In this document: in pieces, positions 7,894-14,938 of the stretch
Position numbering within the stretch: position 1 is the stretch's first letter
Layout: each line of letters opens with the position of its first letter
From: Acutalibacteraceae bacterium
Lineage (GTDB): Bacteria; Bacillota; Clostridia; Oscillospirales; Acutalibacteraceae
Assembly (NCBI GenBank): GCA_045659125.1
Contig: JAZOWJ010000199.1
Coordinates: 1-34,694, forward strand
DNA: 34,694 bases
Direction: 5' to 3'
Position numbers and translations under genes: made by a program
Notes under the pieces: model-generated
Told to the model about the DNA's origin: nothing
The model's database searches: none
The model's input: the letters and a program-made list of their open reading frames with translations, nothing else

Positions 7894-10260
7894 ATGTATC
7901 AGGTAGTAAAAAGAGACGGCAAAATTGCGGAATTTGACATCCAGAAAATCGCTGCTGCCATCACCAAGGCTTTCGAAGCCCAGAACAAACAGTTTGTCCC
8001 CGGCATTATTGATTTCCTCGCTCTGAAGGTAACGAGTGAGTTTGAGCCCAAAATCAAGGACGGCCTTGTGCAGGTTGAGGATGTGCAGGACTCCGTTGAA
8101 TCCGTGCTGATCAAGGCCGGTTACGATGATGTTGCCAAGGCATACATTCTCTATCGCCGTCAGCGCGAAAAAATCCGTAACATGAAATCCACCATCCTTG
8201 ACTATAAGGAAATCGTTGACAGCTATGTCAAGGTCACCGACTGGCGCGTTAAGGAAAACTCCACCGTCACTTATTCCGTCGGCGGTCTGATTCTTTCCAA
8301 CTCCGGTGCCATCACCGCAAACTACTGGCTGAGCGAAATTTATGACGATGAAATCGCAAATGCACACCGCAACTGCGATATTCACCTGCATGACCTTTCC
8401 ATGCTCACCGGCTACTGCGCAGGCTGGTCTCTTCGTCAGCTGATTGAAGAAGGCCTCGGCGGTGTTCCCGGAAAAATCACCTCTGCTCCTGCATCCCACC
8501 TTGCAACGCTTTGCAATCAGATGGTCAACTTCCTTGGCATCATGCAGAACGAATGGGCAGGCGCACAGGCATTCTCCTCGTTTGATACCTATCTTGCTCC
8601 CTTCGTAAAGAAGGATAACCTTTCCTACCGCGACGTCAAGAAGTGCATCGAAAGCTTCATCTTCGGTGTCAACACTCCCTCCCGTTGGGGTACACAGGCT
8701 CCGTTCTCGAACATCACCCTTGACTGGGTTGTTCCGGCTGACCTGAAGGACAGACCCGCTATTGTCGGCGGCAAGGAGCAGGATTTCACCTACGGCGACT
8801 GCCAGGCTGAGATGGATATGGTCAACAAGGCATTCATCGAAACCATGATCGAAGGCGATGCCAACGGCCGCGGCTTCCAGTATCCCATCCCCACCTACTC
8901 CATCACCCGTGACTTTGACTGGTCCGATAAGGAAAACAACCGTCTTCTCTTTGAAATGACCGCAAAATACGGCACTCCCTACTTCTCCAACTACATCAAC
9001 TCCGACATGGAGCCCAGCGATGTGCGCAGCATGTGCTGCCGTCTGCGTCTGGACCTTCGTGAGCTTCGCAAAAAGGGCGGCGGCTTCTTCGGCTCCGGCG
9101 AAAGCACCGGCTCTGTCGGCGTTGTAACCATCAATATGCCCAGAATCGCTTATCTTGCAACCGATATCGGTGACTTCTACAAGCGCCTTGACCACCTGAT
9201 GGACATTGCTGCCCGTTCTCTGAAAATCAAGAGAACCATCATCACCAAGCTGCTCAACGAAGGCCTGTATCCCTACACCAAGCGCTACCTCGGCACCTTC
9301 GACAACCACTTCTCCACCATCGGTCTGATCGGTATGAACGAAGTGGGTCTGAACGCAAAATGGCTCGGCAAGAACATCACCGACGAAAAGACCTTCCAGT
9401 TCTCCAAGGATGTTCTTAACCACATGCGTGAGCGCCTTTCCGACTATCAGGAAATGTACGGCGACCTTTACAACCTCGAAGCCACTCCTGCAGAGTCCAC
9501 CACCTACCGTTTCGCAAAGCATGACGTTGCACGTTATCCCGACATCATCACTGCTGCCCAGGATGACGGCACTCCCTATTACACCAACAGCTCCCACCTG
9601 CCTGTCAGCTACACCGAAGATATCTTCACAGCCCTTGACCATCAGGATGAGCTGCAGACCCTCTACACCTCCGGTACCGTTTTCCACGCATTCCTCGGCG
9701 AAAAGCTGCCCGATTGGAAGGCTGCTGCAAATCTTGTTCGCAAGATTGCCGAAAACTACCGTCTGCCTTACTACACCATGTCCCCGACCTATGCTGTCTG
9801 CCGTCACCACGGCTACATTGTCGGTGAGCAGTACACCTGCCCCGAATGCGGTGAAAAGACCGAGGTCTACAGCCGTATCCCAGGCTACTATCGTCCCGTT
9901 CAGAACTGGAACGACGGCAAGACCCAGGAATTCAAGGAAAGAAAGGTCTACGACATTGAAAATTCCAAGCTGACCCACGCAGGTCCCAAGGAAGAAAAGG
10001 CTGCAGACGATGTGCAGAAGACCGAAAGCCAGGACGGCATCTACTTCTTCACCAAGAAGAACTGCCCCAACTGCAAGGCTGCAAAGCCCTTGCTTGCAAA
10101 GGCAGGCATTGAATATGTTGAGCTGCTCGTGGAAGAAAACGAAGAGCTTGCAAAGGCATACGGTCTCAAGCAGGCACCCACACTTGTTGTTGTCAGCGGC
10201 GGCAATGCTGTGAAATACGCAGGTGTTGCAGGTGTCAAGACCTACATCACAGGTATTTGA
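7894..10260 (+). CDS. nrdD: class III (anaerobic) ribonucleoside-triphosphate reductase with C-terminal thioredoxin/glutaredoxin-like domain
   Basis: SD AAGGAG before the ATG at 7894. N-terminal ATP-cone (YQVVKRDGKIAEFDIQKI). Zn site CRHHG..CPECG. Glycyl-radical motif SRIPGYYRP (Gly codon 9883-9885). Then a linker of about 40 aa and a Trx-fold domain of about 75 aa with CPNC (10063-10074) and a cis-Pro-like QAPT. Confidence 0.93.
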   Translation: MYQVVKRDGKIAEFDIQKIAAAITKAFEAQNKQFVPGIIDFLALKVTSEFEPKIKDGLVQVEDVQDSVESVLIKAGYDDVAKAYILYRRQREKIRNMKSTILDYKEIVDSYVKVTDWRVKENSTVTYSVGGLILSNSGAITANYWLSEIYDDEIANAHRNCDIHLHDLSMLTGYCAGWSLRQLIEEGLGGVPGKITSAPASHLATLCNQMVNFLGIMQNEWAGAQAFSSFDTYLAPFVKKDNLSYRDVKKCIESFIFGVNTPSRWGTQAPFSNITLDWVVPADLKDRPAIVGGKEQDFTYGDCQAEMDMVNKAFIETMIEGDANGRGFQYPIPTYSITRDFDWSDKENNRLLFEMTAKYGTPYFSNYINSDMEPSDVRSMCCRLRLDLRELRKKGGGFFGSGESTGSVGVVTINMPRIAYLATDIGDFYKRLDHLMDIAARSLKIKRTIITKLLNEGLYPYTKRYLGTFDNHFSTIGLIGMNEVGLNAKWLGKNITDEKTFQFSKDVLNHMRERLSDYQEMYGDLYNLEATPAESTTYRFAKHDVARYPDIITAAQDDGTPYYTNSSHLPVSYTEDIFTALDHQDELQTLYTSGTVFHAFLGEKLPDWKAAANLVRKIAENYRLPYYTMSPTYAVCRHHGYIVGEQYTCPECGEKTEVYSRIPGYYRPVQNWNDGKTQEFKERKVYDIENSKLTHAGPKEEKAADDVQKTESQDGIYFFTKKNCPNCKAAKPLLAKAGIEYVELLVEENEELAKAYGLKQAPTLVVVSGGNAVKYAGVAGVKTYITGI

Positions 10261-10263
10261 TTT

Positions 10264-11172
10264 ATGACCGATATTATCGTAGTCGGTGCGGGTCCGGCGG
10301 GTCTTACCGCCGCAGTGTACGCCTGCCGTGCCGGAAAAAGCGTACTTGTTATTGAAAAAGGCGGCTTCGGCGGGCAGATCACCTACTCGCCGAAGGTCGA
10401 AAACTTCCCCGGAAATACCGAAATCAGCGGTATGGAGCTTGCCGAGCAGTTCACAGACCATGCCATTGCCATGGGTGCTGAGCTGACGGTCGGCACGGTG
10501 GAAAAAATAGAAAAAGCAGACGGAATGTTCCGTGTTGTCTGCGATGACGAAGCCTATGAAGCAAAGGCTGTCATCATTGCCACCGGTGCAAGGCACCGCC
10601 TTTTGGGGCTTGACCGTGAAGAAGATTTCATCGGCAACGGCATTTCGTTCTGTGCTGTTTGCGACGGCAGCTTCTTTGCAGGTCAGGATGTTGCCATTGT
10701 CGGCGGCGGAAATTCTGCTTTGCAGGAGGCGATTCTGCTCAGCGAAGTGTGCAAATCCGTTACCGTCATTCAGAATCTTGCCGATTTCACGGGGGAACGC
10801 AAGCTTGCCGACATTCTCACCAAGCGTGAAAATGTGAGTGTGCATTTCAACACCCTTGTAACAGGCCTGCTCGGTGCAGACGAGCTGACAGGCATCACCG
10901 TAAAGAACACCGAAAACGGTAAAGAAAACACCCTTGCCGTCAACGGTCTGTTCATTGCCGTGGGTCTTGTGCCCGAAACCGAGCCCTTTGCGGATGTGCT
11001 GCCGCTGAATAAGTGGGGCTATGCCGACATCGGCGAGGATTGCAAGAGCACCACCGAAGGCATTTTTGTGGCAGGTGACTGCCGCTCAAAGTCGGTGCGT
11101 CAGTTGACCACCGCCTGCGCAGACGGCTCGGTAGCCGCCCTTGCAGCTTGCCATTATATCGACGAATTATAA
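10264..11172 (+). CDS. trxB: thioredoxin-reductase-family flavoprotein (non-canonical pyridine-nucleotide site)
   Basis: GAGPAG FAD motif, redox CAVCDG, GGGNSA. The canonical HRRDxFRA is replaced by QNLADFTG (QNL codons at 10771-10779). The start lies 3 nt after the nrdD stop. Confidence 0.85.
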   Translation: MTDIIVVGAGPAGLTAAVYACRAGKSVLVIEKGGFGGQITYSPKVENFPGNTEISGMELAEQFTDHAIAMGAELTVGTVEKIEKADGMFRVVCDDEAYEAKAVIIATGARHRLLGLDREEDFIGNGISFCAVCDGSFFAGQDVAIVGGGNSALQEAILLSEVCKSVTVIQNLADFTGERKLADILTKRENVSVHFNTLVTGLLGADELTGITVKNTENGKENTLAVNGLFIAVGLVPETEPFADVLPLNKWGYADIGEDCKSTTEGIFVAGDCRSKSVRQLTTACADGSVAALAACHYIDEL

Positions 11173-11176
11173 ACAA

Positions 11177-11205
11177 AAAAGAGCCATGCCATGGCTCTTT
11201 TTTTG
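11177..11205 (+). terminator. rho-independent terminator after trxB
   Basis: AAAGAGCCA-TGCCA-TGGCTCTTTTTTT. Confidence 0.75.
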
Positions 11206-11227
11206 CTTGGTGAACAGGAGGATATTT

Positions 11228-11662
11228 ATGCACAGGATTTTTGGAAGAAAAGAAGATAATAAAACATATACAGATCGCTCCGGTGCATATCTGATTCCGA
11301 TACAAGACGGAAAGGTTGCCCTTGTGCGTACCCCGAAAGGCTTGTTTCTTTTGGGAGGCGGTATAAAAGACGGTGAAACAGATGTGCAGGCAATCTGCCG
11401 AGAGTGTCTTGAAGAAATCGGCTGTACTGCTGTTGTCGGTAAAGTCCTTTGTTCTGCTGAAGCCTTCTTGCTGCATCCTGAAATCGGATATTTTCATCCC
11501 ATGCAGATCTATTATGCAGGTATATTGTCCGGACAGATTCAGAAATCGCAAGAAATGGATCATGTTTTGGAATGGGTTGCGATTGAAAATGCAAAAGAAA
11601 AACTCTTTGTACCTATGCAAAATTGGGCGTTGGATGTTGCGTTGCAGATAGAATTATGCTAA
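11228..11662 (+). CDS. Nudix hydrolase
   Basis: SD AGGAGG before the ATG at 11228. Nudix box GGGIKDGETDVQAICRECLEEIG (GX5EX7REUXEEXGU). Confidence 0.85.
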   Translation: MHRIFGRKEDNKTYTDRSGAYLIPIQDGKVALVRTPKGLFLLGGGIKDGETDVQAICRECLEEIGCTAVVGKVLCSAEAFLLHPEIGYFHPMQIYYAGILSGQIQKSQEMDHVLEWVAIENAKEKLFVPMQNWALDVALQIELC

Positions 11663-12985
11663 AATCAAGTCAATGAGCCGATCCAGTTCGTCGATCATGA
11701 ACAGCGGTACATTGAGAATGTTACCGTCCAAAGACAAATTGCGAAGCGAAAGACGGATGATAAGCGGAGTTTCCCGGTCGTATTTTTGCGCATACTTTTT
11801 GATGCTGGTTGCCTTTACATTAACCCCTGCTTTGCATTCAATCGGGATGACCGTATTTTCACGCTGTATGATGAAATCCACCTCATAAGGATGTTCTGCC
11901 CAATAGCGCGGGGATACTTCAAAATTCTGTGACAGGCTTTGTAAAACAAAGTTTTCGGTCAATGCTCCCTTGAATTCCGTAAACAGTCGGTTGTCTTCCG
12001 TAAAGGCAGACGGTGCAAGTTGCGAATGCCGGCGCAGAAGCCCTACATCGCTCATATAAATTTTGAAAGAATCAAGATCATCATAAGCCGAAAGCGGAAG
12101 ATTCGGTTTTGAAATTTTGTTTATTTTTTTAACAAGATCGGCATTTTTCAGCCATAGCAATGCATTTTCATATTCTCTTGCTCTTGCGCCCGTTCGGACG
12201 GCGGAGTATAAAAACTTTTTATTCTCTTTTGCAAGCTGTGATGGCAAAGAATTCCAGATCAGCGAGATTTTCGGCACATCAAAGTGCGGTGCATGCTTTG
12301 CAAAATCACGTTCATAAGAATTCAGAATATCATAAAGAACCTGTTCAACGGCTTTTGCATCTTTGTACTGTGTCCATACCAGTACCGATTCCGGCATGCC
12401 GCCGGTAATGAAATACATTTTCAGTTTTTCAACCAAAGGATTAAAAAAAGCATCGGGAATGTTTTCGATTGCATCAATACCATGCAGATAGTCAACATAT
12501 TGTTCGTCACCGTTTGCCAACAGGAATTCCGTAAAGATCATCGGGCCCATTTCTATGAAATCCACTTTGCCGACAGGAAACCCTTGTGTCAGTTGCAAGC
12601 CTAAAAGCGAGCCTGCGCTGACAACACAGTATTCAGAGGCATCTTCGCAAAAATATTTTAAGGTGTTGAGCGCTTCCGGACACGCCTGAATTTCATCCAG
12701 AATCAAAAGCGTGTCGGGTGTGATGGGGGTCATGCATGCGAGAGACAGATTTTTCATGATGCGGTGAACATCTTTTGTGGTCTCAAAAAACTGCTTATAT
12801 TCAATATCTTTATCAAAGTTGATATATGCACAACCGCCCGGAAACTGTTTTCCGAACTCTTTTAAAAGCCATGTTTTACCGACTTGCCGTGCGCCCTTTA
12901 AAATCAAGGGTTTTCTGCGTGGTGAATTTTTCCATTTGATCAATTTATCAAGAAGTAATCTTTGCAAAACAATCCCGCCTTTCAT
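11654..12985 (-). CDS. AAA-family ATPase with DUF4143 / PD-(D/E)xK-like C-terminal domain (second paralog)
   Basis: Walker A GARQVGKTWL, Walker B LLILDEIQ. C-terminal EVDFIIQRENTVIPIECK (D...ExK pattern intact). The start is ambiguous. The ATG at 12985 lies 6 nt after a TATAAT box. The GTG at 13000 in the ORF track lies inside the promoter spacer. A TTG at about 12964 is also possible. Confidence 0.85.
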   Translation of the reverse strand: MKGGIVLQRLLLDKLIKWKNSPRRKPLILKGARQVGKTWLLKEFGKQFPGGCAYINFDKDIEYKQFFETTKDVHRIMKNLSLACMTPITPDTLLILDEIQACPEALNTLKYFCEDASEYCVVSAGSLLGLQLTQGFPVGKVDFIEMGPMIFTEFLLANGDEQYVDYLHGIDAIENIPDAFFNPLVEKLKMYFITGGMPESVLVWTQYKDAKAVEQVLYDILNSYERDFAKHAPHFDVPKISLIWNSLPSQLAKENKKFLYSAVRTGARAREYENALLWLKNADLVKKINKISKPNLPLSAYDDLDSFKIYMSDVGLLRRHSQLAPSAFTEDNRLFTEFKGALTENFVLQSLSQNFEVSPRYWAEHPYEVDFIIQRENTVIPIECKAGVNVKATSIKKYAQKYDRETPLIIRLSLRNLSLDGNILNVPLFMIDELDRLIDLILA

Positions 12986-12991
12986 TTTTTT

Positions 12992-13020
12992 ATTATACAC
13001 AAAAAAAATGCATTATGCAA
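12992..13020 (-). promoter_or_regulatory. candidate strong promoter of the second ATPase gene (possibly leaderless transcript)
   Basis: Minus strand TTGCAT (13015-13020), 17 nt, TATAAT (12992-12997). The ATG at 12985 follows 6 nt later. Confidence 0.5.
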
Positions 13021-13022
13021 GC

Positions 13023-13101
13023 AGAATCACATAAATTTCATAAATTATGTGATTCTAATCACACTTTTTTGCATAAATTATGTGATTAAAATCACACTTT
13101 T
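13023..13101. promoter_or_regulatory. operator-like array of palindromes and direct repeats in the divergent intergenic region
   Basis: Inverted repeat AGAATCACATAA (13023-13034) / TTATGTGATTCT (13045-13056). Two 30-bp direct repeats CATAAATTATGTGATTnnAATCACACTTTT (13039-13068 and 13072-13101, 28/30 identical). Each contains a palindrome GTGATTnnAATCAC (13049-13062 and 13082-13095). Confidence 0.6.
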
Positions 13102-13142
13102 GAAAAAAATACAAATTCAGAATTCAGAAAGGACTGACCCAT

Positions 13143-13598
13143 ATGATCATCGACAACATTAAAAACTGTGAAAAATATTACGGCATTCATCCCTCCTTCA
13201 AGGCTGCATTTGAACAGCTCAAGGCTCTGACCGCGGAAAGCGAGCCCGGTCGCTACACCGTGGACGGCGACAGCATTTTCGTCAACATGGCAGCCTACAC
13301 CACCAAAACCCATGACGAATGTAAGTATGAAAATCACAAAAAATACATTGATATTCAGTATGTCCTTTCGGGTGCGGAGCGCATTGACCTCATTGATGCC
13401 GACAAGCTTTGCGTCACCGAGGACAAATATGCAGACAGCGATATTGCATTCTTTGCTGATGCAGAAGCACAGACAAGTGTGACCCTGCAGGCAGGCGATT
13501 TTGTGCTGATTTTTGCCGATGAAGCACACCGCCCCTGCATGGCAGACAAAAACATTCCGTCTGCTGTTGCCAAGGCGGTTGCAAAGGTTCTTGCATAA
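13143..13598 (+). CDS. YhcH/YjgK/YiaL (DUF386) family protein
   Basis: 151 aa. MIIDNIKNCEKYYGIHP..., GRYTVDGDSIFVNMAAYTTK, ENHKKYIDIQYVLSGAE and FADEAHRPC are typical of the family. Confidence 0.8.
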   Translation: MIIDNIKNCEKYYGIHPSFKAAFEQLKALTAESEPGRYTVDGDSIFVNMAAYTTKTHDECKYENHKKYIDIQYVLSGAERIDLIDADKLCVTEDKYADSDIAFFADAEAQTSVTLQAGDFVLIFADEAHRPCMADKNIPSAVAKAVAKVLA

Positions 13599-14917
13599 TG
13601 AATTTGCCGTCTTACATCACGGTATTGCTTGACCGTCTGTCGGAATGCGGATTTGCAGGCTATCCTGTGGGCGGCTGTGTGCGTGATACCCTGCTCGGGA
13701 AAATACCGGGGGATTATGACCTGACCACCAATGCCACTCCGCAGGAGATGCTTACCGTCTTTTCGGATTTTCGTTGCATCGAAACGGGGCTCAAACACGG
13801 CACCCTGACCGTAGTGAGCGAGGGCAACAATGTCGAAATCACGGCATTCCGCACCGACGGCGAATATAAGGACAATCGCCATCCCACAGCGGTGACCTTT
13901 ACACGAAACCTTGCCGAGGACCTGTCGCGGCGGGATTTTACTGTTAACGCCATGGCTTACGGTCAGCAGGAGGGGCTTGTGGATTTGTTCGGCGGCCAAC
14001 AAGACCTGCACAACAAAATCATCCGCTGCGTCGGTGAGCCTGACCGCCGTTTTAATGAAGATGCACTTCGCATCATGCGTGCACTGCGCTTTGCTTCGAC
14101 CCTTGATTTTGAAATTGAAGAAAAAACAGCCGACAGCATTCACCGCAATGTGAAGCTGCTCGAAAATATTTCCGTTGAGCGTATTTTTGTTGAGCTTAAA
14201 AAGCTGCTGTGCGGCGTGGGAGCAGAACGGATTTTGCTGCAGTTTCCCGATGTGTTCTGCTGTATTTTACCCGAAATGACCGACATTGTGGGGCTCATGC
14301 AGCACAATCCGCATCATCTTTTTGATGTGTATACCCACACGGCAAAAACGGTTGCCTTGTGTGAGGCCGACCCTGTTTTGCGGCTGGCTGCCCTGTTTCA
14401 CGATTTCGGCAAGGCAGATACCTTTTCGCAGGATGAAAACGGCATCGGTCATTTTTATAACCACCGTGAATTTTCCGTGCAGAAAGCGGATGCGGCCTTA
14501 AGACGGCTCAAAAGCGACAATGCCACCCGCCGTACCGTTCTGTTTTTAGTGGATTGGCATGACCGCCTGTTTGGTGACTTTACCGAAAAAACCGTCAAAA
14601 GGCTTCTGCGTACGCAGTCTGCTGAGGAGCTTTTGTTGTTGGCAAGGCTCATGCGGGCCGACAGCAAGGGAACAGGCACAAGAATGCATGAAGAATGCCC
14701 GTCGGCTGACCGATTGGAGGAAATCGTTTTGCGATTGCAGGCGGAAAAACCGTGCCTGCTTGTGACCGACCTTGCCGTGAACGGACATGATTTGTTGGCC
14801 TTGGGCTATGAGCCCAAAGAAATCGGCAAAACGCTCAAACACTTACTCGAAGCCGTCACAGACGGAACTCTTGCAAATGAAAAAGAAGCTTTATTGGCAG
14901 AACTAAGAAATAATTGA
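13598..14917 (+). CDS. cca: CCA-adding tRNA nucleotidyltransferase (PolyA-pol head plus HD domain)
   Basis: GGCVRDTLLGKIPGDYDLTT, RRDFTVNAMA, HD motif LFHDFGK. The ATG overlaps the preceding stop (TAATG). Confidence 0.88.
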   Translation: MNLPSYITVLLDRLSECGFAGYPVGGCVRDTLLGKIPGDYDLTTNATPQEMLTVFSDFRCIETGLKHGTLTVVSEGNNVEITAFRTDGEYKDNRHPTAVTFTRNLAEDLSRRDFTVNAMAYGQQEGLVDLFGGQQDLHNKIIRCVGEPDRRFNEDALRIMRALRFASTLDFEIEEKTADSIHRNVKLLENISVERIFVELKKLLCGVGAERILLQFPDVFCCILPEMTDIVGLMQHNPHHLFDVYTHTAKTVALCEADPVLRLAALFHDFGKADTFSQDENGIGHFYNHREFSVQKADAALRRLKSDNATRRTVLFLVDWHDRLFGDFTEKTVKRLLRTQSAEELLLLARLMRADSKGTGTRMHEECPSADRLEEIVLRLQAEKPCLLVTDLAVNGHDLLALGYEPKEIGKTLKHLLEAVTDGTLANEKEALLAELRNN

Positions 14918-14938
14918 TTACTCTTCGGAGGTGCTTTT

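Noticed and set aside
7855-10845. A 996-aa ORF on the minus strand, the longest ORF in the window, antisense to nrdD and trxB.
   Set aside because: The plus strand carries unambiguous NrdD and TrxR motifs (ATP-cone, glycyl-radical site, CAVCDG). The antisense translation is low-complexity and G/V/A/D/F-rich, with no start context. It is a typical stop-poor shadow frame of GC3-rich genes.
13039-13101. Two 30-bp direct repeats with a 33-bp period, considered as a possible mini-CRISPR.
   Set aside because: There are only two units, separated by 3 nt, so there is no spacer of CRISPR size. No cas genes are present. Internal palindromes in a promoter region fit an operator instead.
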